DNA of 61,649 nt, the filler included, from Bipalium vagum (taxonomy: Eukaryota), in the NCBI GenBank assembly GCA_037834085.1. It is 3 parts of 3 records of this genome, joined end to end, with 100 filler letters (N's around TTAATTAATTAA, not from the genome) between each part and the next. Parts side by side here need not be neighbours in the genome. Positions count along the whole stretch, not along the records: positions 40,327 to 61,649 come from JBBMKC010238879.1; 2 more parts are not named here. One strand, written 5' to 3'. A program made the translations under genes and the position numbers. A model generated the notes under the pieces. It did not search any database. It saw nothing but the letters and a program-made list of their open reading frames with translations, and had not been told where the DNA came from. This document shows, piece after piece, positions 49,401 to 61,649 of this stretch; position 1 is the first letter of the stretch; each line of letters starts with the position of its first letter.

Positions 49401-52400
49401 TTTTTCATTTGAGTTGAAATATTTCCTGTTGAAATATTTATTAGAGGAATTTTTTGAGATATTTCAGCAATTTTCAATTAAAAATTGAAGAAATAAAAAT
49501 GAGTTTAAGTTTGCTATTTTCAGCATCAAAAAAAATTTATAATATCCAGTAATATAAACAGAATATTTTATTTTTTATAATATAATATTTTATTATTTAT
49601 TCCTCTTTAAAAAATATTTATTATTTATTTATTTTTATTTATGTTTCCTTAATTATATTATTTATTTATTTTTAATGTACGTTACTGCATAAATAGTACA
49701 GTCAATTTGTTTTATTTTACAAAATTAATAAATAATCATATGAATTTAAAATATAATCAATCAATAGATAAATAAGATTTCAGGTTTATTGATTAAAAAT
49801 AATCTTATTTCAGCTTATGAAAGTGGTGTGGCAAATTGAAAACAATGAACATATCCGTCATATTTTATTTATTTGAAAAGTGGTAAGAGACCGCTAATTT
49901 GTTCCATTTACCGGAAATCTATGCTTCGCAAAAAAGGGAAGATTATTTTTCAGATTCATAAAGATTTTTGATATTGTTAAGGCCCACTTTAACTTTTTAA
50001 AAAACTAAATTCATTTATATATTTTTTTAAAAAACCATTGGACACATGTTATAATATTTAGTTATTATTGTAAAAATGTTAATTATTTATACAAAGGCTT
50101 AGTAATCTTGAAGAAGTAGAGACATTTGCAGGACGTTTTTTTGTTTCAAAGTCTAAAGAAGGCTACAGTGAACAAGTAAAAAATATTGGCAAAGTGTGGT
50201 ACACAAGAACGGTTTTTATTTTTAAAATTAATAAATTATGTTTTTGTTATTTTTTCATATAATTGCATTATAGTTTGTGTGAATTTTGAATTCATGAAAC
50301 TTTTGATACAATCTAATATATAATGGAGAGGTGACAGAAAAAAGACACTAAGTTTGATCTTTCATAAAATGAAAACGAAAAGCAATTTTCTAAGTTGTGG
50401 ACAATGAAAAGTACAAACTTTTAAAATCCGTAGTTCTTATCTAACGAATTCTTTTATTATAAATCTTATTTATTCGTGTCAAATATTTAACTAAAGTGAA
50501 AGGATAACTAATGAAGTGCAAAAATTAAAATTGTCGAATTGCAAAAGGAAATTATCCATAGCATTTCTTCTGGAACTGTAACCAGACGACTTTGTAAAGC
50601 ACTTTTAATTTCAAAATTAATGGGAAACTTAATTATGTCTCGAACTAAAGATAAATATATTATAAACGTTTAATATCAAATATATAGAGAACCCGAAAAT
50701 TCGAATTTTTAAAAAGAAACTTTTTTTTGCAAATTTGGTTTACAAGCATGAAAATATTTAACAAAACCGTATCTTCATAAATTGAATCATGGTTGATAAT
50801 CATTTTATTATAACTAATATGAGGTCTAATTTAATTTCACTACAGAAACAAATGAAAAGGAAAAGTCAAGGAGAAAACACGTTTCTTTATTGCAACTCTT
50901 CAAGAAAACCTTATAATTCTTTATATTATTATAAATACTAAAAGCTGTGAGGATTATATAGTTTAGAAGAATGAAAGAGATACGAAGACAATACATAATT
51001 GAAAACAAAACATTTAAGAAATGTATTGCACCTGGAAGACCAAGAAAGTCTAGATAACATGATACTATCAGTGATAAGAAGAGGTTTGTGCTCTAAGGTA
51101 GATCAACATACAAAATCTTCCGAGATGATATGAGTAAGAAAAGTAGCTGAACAGCCATCACACAATAATGAAAATATTGGTGGAAGGTGCTCGAATAATT
51201 CTATAGTAGCTTCTTTGTAATATTGTCATAATTGATGTGAAATGGATTTGTTGGTGATGTACATATATTAGCAAAAAAAATTTTATTCGTAGAGCAATTC
51301 TTGTAGAGGTAAATTTCAACAAGGGATAAGATGTAGAAGGTAACATGAGACAATGAGATTCCTTATATACTGCAGATAATCTAGCCATAATAGTTAACCG
51401 TGATTTGAATATAATAGAGATTTTCAAATTCAATTTCGTGGAAGTAACATTTTTTAAAGAGACGTTTTAGAATATCTGTCAAGATACGAGTTCAAGCCAG
51501 ATTAACCGTCTGCAAGAAATGATGATGGATATTTAGAGTAAATATTTGTCATCAGCTGTTTTCATATTCATTTTTAAAAATAAAGTTTTTTATTTTATTT
51601 TATTTAATAATATAAACAGAATGATATGTACAGCTTGACCCAAATGAATTATTGGGAATTTTTTATAATAATTTTAATAATTTTTTTCAAAAAAATTACA
51701 AAAGACCAAAAATCAATATTAGGTCAGTCTCTTTCAGAGATCAAGTTAATGTTTCTCCATATATCAATATTATTTGAATTTTTCCTTGTATTTTAACACC
51801 ATTCAGTACAATTTTAATTAACATATCAAGTTGTCACTTTTATTAGCACGTCGATATATTCTTCCATTCCTCATTTAAAATCAATTAGCGTGAACAATAA
51901 ATAATTTTGTAAGAACAAAAAACATTTCAGGCGTGAAATACACTTTTATATTGGTTTATCCCTAAAAAGAAAGGCAGAGGTTATCAAATATAAAGTGATC
52001 AAACTAAACTATTTTCAGTTTACCTAAATATGACCCCAATATTTTAATAAGTTTTCTTATTTTTGTAACTTTCATTTTTATAGATTTTATAACTTTCAAT
52101 AAGCAAAACAAGATCTCTCTGACTATTCTATTCTGTAACAGAATGTTCATTTGTAATTAAAAATGAAAATATTAATTAATAATAATCAGAAAAGTAATCG
52201 TGAAATTTTCGCAATTTTCTTATCTCGAAAAGAAATATTAATAAGAAAATAAAATTAGTTTCCTAGATAAAGATTTGTATTGTAAGATATGAGTTTTCTC
52301 TCTTCTCAATCAAAAGTTGTGTATATTGATAAGTAACTATTTGCAGTAGGTCTTGCTAATACATCTTACTAACTTTATATAAACGATATTAACAATTCAA

Positions 52401-55400
52401 AACAAAAATCTGTTTAAATGTCACTCTCTATGAAACATGCTTAGAACTTTTAAATATTCTTCATAATATTTAATATTTGACATTTTCATTATCAAAGTAA
52501 AGCAGTTTTTAACTAAGATTATTTCAATAAGTGATCTTTAGTTACAATTAGCTTTTCTTTAATTAATGTGAAAAGTCATTATAAAATTTTTATATCGATC
52601 CCAAGTTTCTTTTTCAAATCGATAATGACTCACAAATCTCATCCAATCAATATTATCAATAATTCTTATAATCACACTAAGTTCTTCAATAACTTTTTTC
52701 TTAAAGAACATTTAACTTTTCTGGCTCTACCTAATTAAGAATTTTCACTAATACGGGTTCAGAGGTTATGTATGTCTATTTCGTGTACAGACCGTTAAAT
52801 TTGAAATATTTTCTAACACAGATTTTCTTGTGAATTTGTAAATTGTTTATTTGAAAAATAGATTCTTATTGTTTACAATATCAACCATATATTATTTTTA
52901 TATATTAATAATTTAGGTATATTTATAAATTTGTGTTGGCCTGATATTGAATATAAAACTGATTAAAAACTTAAATATATAATTTATTATTATTAATTAA
53001 TTAAGAATTAATATTAATACTTTAAAGAAATAATTAAATGTTTAACCATTCTGGTTAGTAATTTGTTTAAATGACCAATCTTAAAATCCAAGTTCTTTTC
53101 AATTATAACTTTTCAAAATATATTTATTTAACATTTTGCGTTCCAAATGCAACGGGAATTCAGTACATTTATTTCGATTTTCAGCAGAAATTCCTCAATT
53201 TTAAAATATTGCAATTATTAAAACTACTTCAAAAGTAATCTCTCCGGTCTTTCAGTATTTCTTTTTTCTTTCGGAATTCGAGACAGAACCCACAAAACTA
53301 TCAATTGGCTCTCAATTTGACTTTATCAAATTGATTTCCTGTTATATTGTCCTCATTAGCGTTTAACCTTTTTATCTTTCTTAATAATCTGGCTTTACAT
53401 ATCAGAAAATAAATGGTTATATTTCAGTACTAAGGCCAAACTATAAATAATGCTTCAAAAATTAAAACTGGCTCGAATAAAGGAATTATTTCAACTTGTA
53501 AAATTTTAAAAGATTAATGAAATTTATAATTTATATAATTTATATATATTATAATTTATATATAATTTATATATTTTTATATATAGTAAATATTCATCAA
53601 AATTTGTTTTATTTCTTCGATTAAGAAAGGAATACGTTTTTTGGAAAGATATTGATATAGTCAATGCATAAATCATATTAAAGTGTAAGGAAAACCTCCC
53701 TTGTGTTTTTTTATAAAACTTAAATCTGGAAACGTATTGAAGACGAATTCGTAGTACTATTGTAAAATTTCCTTTTGTATGAAAGTCAGAAGCTTGTTCA
53801 CAGGGGGACATTTTTCACTGAAGTATATTTACTATTTTTATTTTTATTCTCATTTATAATTTATAACGTCCCTTAATTTAAGTTTGTCATTATTTAATTT
53901 TTATTGGTGGACCATAAATTTAATTGATTTATTTACTTTAGTCAAGATCTTTTAATTATTTTTTATATAAAAAATAACTGAAAATATCCATTGTCTCTTA
54001 CCGATTGTAAAATTTGCATCGGTAAAATTTTATAATTTATTAATAATGATAAATTTAGAATTCTATTTTCATATTATAAAAATTCTAAATAATAATATTT
54101 CGCTGTTTTGAATAGTAAGTGACTTGTATGGGATACTGTTTGATGCTAGCGTAAATTAATGCGATGACAGTAACATTTGTTTTATTTTAATGGTTGTAGC
54201 CATGGTAACCGATTTGGCAGAAGATGAATAACATAACACAGATAATAAATTGTTTAAAAAATCGAATTTCTTTAAACAATTTTTTGTTGAATAAATTAAT
54301 AATAAAATAACATTGTTTGAAAAAGTATTTTTAAAATAAATCTCTCAAAAATGTATTCAAGTTTTCAATTTTTGTGATAACTATTTTTTGTCTTAAGTGT
54401 TCTTTTTCTAAGTAATTTTCTTCCCGTTTTATTGAAATTACAAAGCGCCTCTCAACAGTGTCTATTTACCTTACCTAATGCATGAAAGTGTTGAAAAATG
54501 TATATCTTGATCATATCTTTCTTGTAGGACAATCTTCGATTGTTGCAAAATGTATTCACTTTTGCAGTAGAATTTTGGAATGTATATTTTAAATTGGTAC
54601 CACCTTGGTTATTATTAAGTTATTTTCACTTTATGGTCTGTAATTTTTGGAAATTCACAGTCCGTATCTCAGCTTATTTCATATTCACTTATTTCAGCTT
54701 ATAACAAAAAATTACTTAAGTTATGATCAAATAACTTTCAAGATAATAAATATTATTAAATATATATTATATTATTATTAATTAAATATTATTAATTTAA
54801 TAAATCTAAAAATTAAGTTGAAATTTGTTAAACAAGAAAATGAAAAATATGATTTACCACATTTTTTATCTGACATTCTCTCATCCCTCGTTGAATATCT
54901 CTATGATTTTTACCAAATAATCAATACGATAATATAAATCCTCTACCATCATCAGATTTTGTTAAATTAGGAGAACCCCTTAAAAAGAGCATAGACAAAC
55001 ATTTATATTTGTCCACTAATTTTCTTACTTAGGGTGTGGCTGGTTATCTGAAACATATCGATTACTCTATTAATTGTTTAAGATTTTTATGTGAGATTGT
55101 GATCTAGGCTACTCTTGCCCGAATAAAATCTAAATATGAAGAATTTAAAAGAATAAAAAATTTTAATATCCTTAGATGTGCTGATAATTCTGATCATCAT
55201 AATAATACGAAGATCAACATTTTATTTACAGGATGTTCGTGATTAATTTGACATAATAAAAAGGGGATTGTTTTCCAATATCTTTAAAAGGCTTTTACAT
55301 AAACTACGCTTCCTATAAAAGTTTAATATCCTTTTAATTCAGATACCTGATGACAGAGACAATAGATGACTTGAACCCAACTGAACTGAAAGAGAATAAC

Positions 55401-56947
55401 TTTTTTCATGATGATTTGAGCCGGCTATAAAAATAAGAATATAATGATCGCTGTCCTCTCTGCACACTGAAAAAAATTCAGCATACATTGACGAAGTGCT
55501 ATGGAGAATGTATATCATAACTTTTAATGTGATACCAAGAGCTCCAATACGTTAATCATGTAAAATTTGCGAAGCACTTAAAAATGATTATTTACCCTCC
55601 GGATTCACAGGTTTAGAAACAAAAAATCTGATTTAAAAAACCATTAAAAAATATATGATTAACATCAAGATATTTTATCTTTATTTTTATTTTTATCATG
55701 TTAATCGTATTCATCTTAATAAAATTTGACACATACTACGATAATAATATGTATATTTCAAAAATTTATTAAGAAAAAGCAATATCGATGTGTAAAAAAT
55801 TTACTGGAAGAATGGGCATGATTTTCTCTCCACCGACATGAATTTCATTATTTAATAAAAATTCATAAATGAAATATTTCTGGGTTAAAAATAATTGAAT
55901 AATTTACATTCTTCGCTCCTTAAAATAAAAAACTGATAATTCAATTTTTTCGAATTCAGTTTTTTATACAAATATCTTCGTGTCACTTACACATTAAAAA
56001 TAGTCAATTCGATTAATAATAGATTTTATTAATTAATTTCACAAAATTTCCCAATAAATTTATTTTTCAAAAACTGTATTTGCAAAAAATCGTAATTTCG
56101 ATTTTACAATATTTATGTTTTGATGTCAAATTGAAACAGAATTTAACGAAAAATATGTTTGGAATTTTTTAGATTTTTTAATTCCAAAGAAATTTATTAT
56201 TTGCAATTTTATAAAAGATTTATTTATAAATAATATTTTAATAATACTGTATTTTTAATAATAATGTTTTAAAATAAAATAATTATTATAAAATATAATA
56301 AAATTATTATATAATTATTTTAAAATATTTTGTGATTTATCAATAATGCTCGTCCAGTTAAGTAGTTTCATTTAAACAAAAAATATTATTGGACATCCTT
56401 AACCCTTTAAATTGTAAAAATTATTTAAAGAAAATGTAATGGTGAATTTTTATCAAAAAATATATGATAAATAATAATTTTATGTGCATTTCTATTTGTT
56501 CTTTTCTTTTGTTCTCTTAGTATTTACTGATTTAATCAAGTTTTTTCTGAATAATATTTATTTATTTTTTGTCTTGCATTTTAAAACAAATAAAGAACAT
56601 ATAATAGATCATCCGAATAAGAATTTATCTCTATCCTTTCTTGCGGTCGAAAAATTACTATTTTGCACTACATCAATAGTTAAGTATCTCTTCAAACGTT
56701 ATTTTAATTAAATATTTGAAATAAAATTAAATTATTTTTCTCAACGATTTTCTCTATTAATAAATCCGTAAATATCAATTTAAATAATATTCCCAAGTCA
56801 AATATTAATTAATTTGCTTTTCTTAAAGCTGTTTTGTTTTAGTTTTGCTAATAATTATTTTAATATAATTGAATTTTAAGAAGCATCTTTCAAAATTGAA
56901 TAGGAAAAGCTGAAACAGATCACAAGAACTTGGTTAATTAAACTCAC

Positions 56948-57129
56948 TTTTTCTTTATATGCATTTCCCAAGAGCTGTACACTCTTCATATCTACACCTT
57001 TACCTCCTTTCTTTCCACCGTCTTTTTTCTTTTTCCGTCGCTTGATACAACGCTTACATATACAAATCAGAATCAATAATACAACAACAGAAATAGTGAC
57101 TCCAATTCCCACGACAGCTCCTGTACTCA
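56948..57129 (-). CDS. SYT1: Synaptotagmin-1-like, TM exon
   Basis: TM helix + CICKRC + KRRKKKKDGGKKGGKGVDMKSVQLLGNAYKEK; gtgagt donor. Confidence 0.88.
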
Positions 57130-57180
57130 CTGAAAAAACGAAATAAAACTTAGAAGAACAATGTTTATAAAATAATGTAC

Positions 57181-57382
57181 TGTGCAATAACTTTGTTATT
57201 TGTGAAAAATTAGATTTTTCTGTTGTAGATGAAAGTTTTCCTGTCGAACCTGTTTTTTCATTGTTTTTTGTGAAGAAGGAGATAACAGACACAGCTGTTG
57301 AAGTTAATTTTTTCGAAGTTGAATGTCCGGTCATTTCACTGACACCAGTGGTACTCAGTGGCAATGTAGTAGTTGTTTTCAT
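57181..57382 (-). CDS. SYT1: Synaptotagmin-1-like, coding exon 1; partial model complement(join(<46324..46446,56948..57129,57181..57382))
   Basis: S/T-rich lumenal N-terminus with NFS sequon; GT donor at 57180. Confidence 0.7.
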
Positions 57383-57591
57383 TGTTTTCTAAATATGGAA
57401 GTGTCTCTATTATCAAAAAGCAAAAAAAGAAATAACAATAATAAAAATAATAATAGGATAGGAAAAATAATATTTTCAGATTCCTAAAACCCATGGTGAC
57501 CAATTAAAATCAGATTTGTTAGAATCAGAAATGGGCGAATCCAAACCTGTTTTATTTGATGGGATTCATGTGTGTGACTAATAAATCTACC

Positions 57592-57605
57592 GTCACTATG
57601 GCAAC
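57592..57605. promoter_or_regulatory. RFX X-box-like motif upstream of synaptotagmin
   Basis: GTCACTATGGCAAC fits GTHNYY-AT-RRNAAC. Confidence 0.35.
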
Positions 57606-59350
57606 AGGAAAAGTTGTTTGTCTGTTACATTTCGACCAAGCTCAGTCTAAGTCTTTCTAAAAATAATTAAATCGATCGTTCCCAAATAAATCTAAAATTC
57701 GATATTTCTCCAACGCATCAGTTGATACTTAAGAAATTGATGGCATTTCAATACACACAAATGCATAGAATGAGTAGCCATAGTAACTGTGATTTAACTC
57801 AATTGCTGTCTATTAATTGGTGGAGTTTTAGAAAATTTTCTGCGCTTAATTCTGCAGAAACAACAATGATTGTCACAACAGATAATTGTGGTGTAAAATT
57901 ATTCTAATTCTGTTTATGTAAATCATAAGACATTTCTGTCTTCAATTACATTGTTATTTCGGATTGGTGTCCCGAGCCTTATAATGAGCTTTTTAAGTTA
58001 AATAAAAAGTAATTTAGATCACTCTAATATATCAGACGTGTTTTTTTTATGCTTCTGAGACAATTAACTTATAAAGACATTATCAAATTAAAAGTTATTT
58101 TTAGATTGAATTGGAACATTTTTCAGTTAAGTAGAAAAATTCTAGAATATTTTAATAAAGTTGAGGATATAATCGAAAAACATTCAGGCCTGTTATTTTT
58201 CCGATTCTAAGCAATAGTTATTATAGAAATAAAAATTTTATTTATTTTTCAAAAATATCTCCAGTTGTTTGAAACCTAATTAGGTTATAGAATATAGAAG
58301 TTCTTAAACCTTGAGTTTTCATGTCATCAATGGAAAAGGGGTTTTGATCATACCAGTTGTTTTGAAGCGATAATGTAAATGATTTAAAGACCTTTTCGGA
58401 CTGAAAATTAAAATATAATTTAGTAATATATAATTAATAATATTAATATATAAAATTATGAAATTAAAACGATTTTGAATAGATTATGGTCTTACATTCT
58501 TTGATATTTTAAATATATTATATTTTAATAATAACAGTATTAGTATCACGCAATCATGAAATGGTTCTTTTAATTTTAGGAAAAGAAATTGTAAATTTCA
58601 AAAAATCTAATAATATTTTATTAATAATAACTTTAGATTTAATAAAACAGAATTATGTTATCTATTATTTTTATTATATAGCAAGTTTGTGTTTTATATT
58701 ATAATAAACCAGTTTTTGCAGAAAAGAATATTTTTATTAACAAATATAATCACAAAGATCTTTTGTTTTAAATATTGTAGACAATCCACTTTTCGACCTC
58801 AGCTATCAAGCGTTTCAAACATTTTTCATTTTGGTTACGCTTTTAAAGAAAACCAGAAGTAGAGATTTATACTGCTAATTGTGATTCGGTTATATTACGT
58901 GTGACCCGAACATCAAGTTCTTTGAATAGTCAAGTTTTTTCAAGTGATCAGCAATGATTGTTTTTGATGAATTAAGTATATCAGCAAGCATCAATCAGAG
59001 CCTTTAAATCACGATCAGGCTGGTCTTAAAGGGAAAAATTATTTCCTCGAATTTTTTTAACCAAAAATTGGAAATACCATGACCGTAAAAAGATGGTATG
59101 AGATAAAATCCTATGTGAAGAGAACCGAACTAATGTAAAGTAATACCATCGAATACTCAATCAAATGATGGAGGACGTATAGTAATTATTAGAGAAAAAT
59201 ATTACAGATATATTAACTGGAAATGGAGAACTAATATATTTTACATACAATAAACTAGGCCATTTCCAGAAAAACTGTCTAAACTGATTGAACCATTCAT
59301 CATGTTTTGGAATTGGAAAAATAGGAAATACATTTTAACAATATGAAGTA

Positions 59351-59854
59351 TAAGGTTGAGTCAAAAGTTATTCGTGTTTTTATTTATTTAAAGTTCTTGT
59401 TTTACCATATCATTTAAAAATAATATTTATATGCACATTTTGGTATCATTTAAAAGCCCTTGAAAAGGAAAATGTAATCACATTTATAAAATTTAATTTA
59501 TAAAATTCCATTCGTTTATTCTTACACTTAGAATGATTGAAGAAAAAACAGTAATTCCTATTACATTATTATTGGAAAAAAGGTCCCAGCCAACTCAGCA
59601 AGTAGTTTCACCAGATCGCTTCGAAAATAAAGTGATTTTGTGCTTTTGGTGGAATTACAAGGGGCCAGTGCAATGGGCACTTGTTCCGGATGGTAGAGCT
59701 ATCGATGGTAACCTTTATGCTAAACAACTACAGCGAGTTCATGATGCTTTGATCACTCGTTATCCAGCATTGTTGAATTGCTGTAGTTGTTTACAAAAAA
59801 AATTTGTAAATATAGTATTTGCTTTAAAAACAAATAACTTTTGTCTCAACGTGA
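59351..59854 (+). mobile_element. Internally deleted mariner (504 bp) with TIRs and TA target duplication
   Basis: TA-taaggttgagtcaaaagttatt ... aataacttttgtctcaacgtga-TA; KVILCFWWNYKGP...YAKQLQRV...RYPALLN. Confidence 0.85.
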
Positions 59855-60189
59855 TATATGGAGATCATAATTTTAATCAATTTTGAGGAAGATAATAATA
59901 AGTAAGATCCCAGGATCAATTAAGAATTGATTTAAGAGGCTTAAAGTCAAATCGAAAAACTTCTACACGCATAAATTGTAACAAAATTGTACGAAATATA
60001 TGAAATAGAAGTTGAAATGAACACAAGTATGATTGAGGATACAAAACTAGTGGTAACGTAAGGAAGAATCTAAAACCTAAGTCCGAAAATCTCTTAAAAT
60101 CTTAGAGAAGATGATCGGTGGAGAGGATATTGCAGGATTTGACAACAATACAATGTCACCAATTATAAATAACAGTGAAGTTAAAATAA

Positions 60190-61560
60190 AGATTTCTCAA
60201 TTTGTGCCTCAGAATGATAACAGGAAATGGTTTGTCATATTCATCAACTTTTCCAGGTTTTGGAATCAATGATGTTTTTGCAACGGACCATGATGTTGGT
60301 AGTTGATTAGTTACAATGATCTAATTAAATAATAGGATCAACAAAACACCTTCTGGATCCATATAGATGAAGTCTTTGTAAGAAATCTTGACAAGGTCTG
60401 GTGAAGCTTTTCCGACCTTTATGAACTTAATAATCGGATGTAAAGTTAATCTTGTTTTCTTCTTGTTTTGATATAACTTGGAAATTTCCATTTTTTTGGA
60501 ATTGCACATTCTCTACTGGAATGATCAATGAAATCATTCATATTCGGACGGCCTCTAATATCCCATTGTTCAAGATCTTTTGTACTGTTTTCTTCATATC
60601 GATTAGGAAACTTCTCAGTTTCAATTTTTCAAATGATTTTATTATCGGTTTTTCACCAAGATATGGAGATAAAAAGGGTTTAACTTTTTTATTTGCAAAA
60701 GTTCGATAATGCTTCCATAATAGTATTAGAGTAACTAAGGGATAATTTGTTGACAAGAAAATGTGATCATTCAGCTGATATTGAAGTTTTTCGTATCTTC
60801 GGTTGTTCGGTTGTTTTATTTTTTTCAACCGCTATGATTTTTAAATCTTCATGTATTTCTTTCTTTGCATTTACAAGTTTCTCTTTTCTAGAAATGACAA
60901 ATTTTAGATCCAAGTTCGTCATTTTGAGTCCTATACTATATCGACTAATGTATTCACATAATAGAAGATTAGAGAATAAGCCAGATCCGCGACTATCATT
61001 TTCAGGGCTGTCAGCTAATGGGAAATATTCATTATAGTCCCAAAATTTAAAAATCTTTTCCATCAGCCTATTGATAGGTTTTTCAATCACCTCGTGTGAT
61101 ATTTTTGACGTTGGATTTAAAAAGAACGCACAACTTTTATAGAAATCAATGATTAAAAACACTTGCTGAGATTTTGGAGGTAAACGGATTGCAAATATTA
61201 TTGAGGATCTTTTGATTGATTTGAAATCGAGAAATTGGTTGATATGATTATGCAGCTTTCAATGATTACATTTGAAATTGTATTGTTGATTAAAATTTCA
61301 GATTTAAGTTCAAGGCTTTCGAAAAAGGCTGATAAGATTTTTTCAGTTATTTTCAAATTGTAGTTTTCAACTGATTTGACGTTTTCATTATTTTTTTCTT
61401 ATCTCCGAAGCCACCAAAATTTGCTAATTTAACATTTTTGTTTTGCAAGTCCATAGCCTTTCTCTGATTTTGTGTATAAATTCAATTTTCAAAGAGAAAG
61501 ACACGTCAGTGGCCTGCCGCATGATATATACACTGTTTTGTGTGAGTGAGGGTGTATATA
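60190..61560 (-). mobile_element. Degenerate non-LTR retrotransposon, N-terminal region to start of RT (R2/NeSL-like)
   Basis: GKASPDLVKISYKDFIYMDPEGVLLILLFN-IIVTNQLPTSWSVAKTSLIPKPG matches RT domains 0-1 of RLE LINEs; long broken upstream ORFs. Confidence 0.65.
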
Positions 61561-61649
61561 ACTTATCTCTACCTGACTCCTTAAGGAAGTGTACTGATCA
61601 CAAAATAAACGATTTTAAAACTTTTATTTTTATTACACTTTTTACAAAT

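Overview
Very AT-rich eukaryotic (metazoan) genomic DNA. The short 45-51 nt introns, dense mariner decay and RLE-type LINEs fit a planarian-like lophotrochozoan, but the taxon is an inference. The window is three contigs (1-19518, 19619-40226, 40327-61649) joined by 100-bp N spacers carrying an artificial TTAATTAATTAA linker, so adjacency across the gaps is not trustworthy. Contig 1 holds a complete 6-exon WDR20/DMWD-family gene (729 aa) with TE-filled introns. Contig 2 holds a 5'-partial C-type-lectin/4xSushi/TM receptor gene, four near-identical intronless copies of a divergent ubiquitin-like gene ending GG-Y, and a Merlin transposon. Contig 3 holds the 5' part of synaptotagmin-1 (minus strand), with two atypical LDLa exons apparently inside one of its introns. 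The most striking unexplained structure is a 334-bp TRIM-like LTR element (28774-29107) whose palindromic LTRs are built around a tRNA-Ala. A further solo copy of that LTR (4521-6037, minus) is split at the tRNA T-arm/B-box by an R2/NeSL-type RLE retrotransposon. All calls are by eye; no searches were run.
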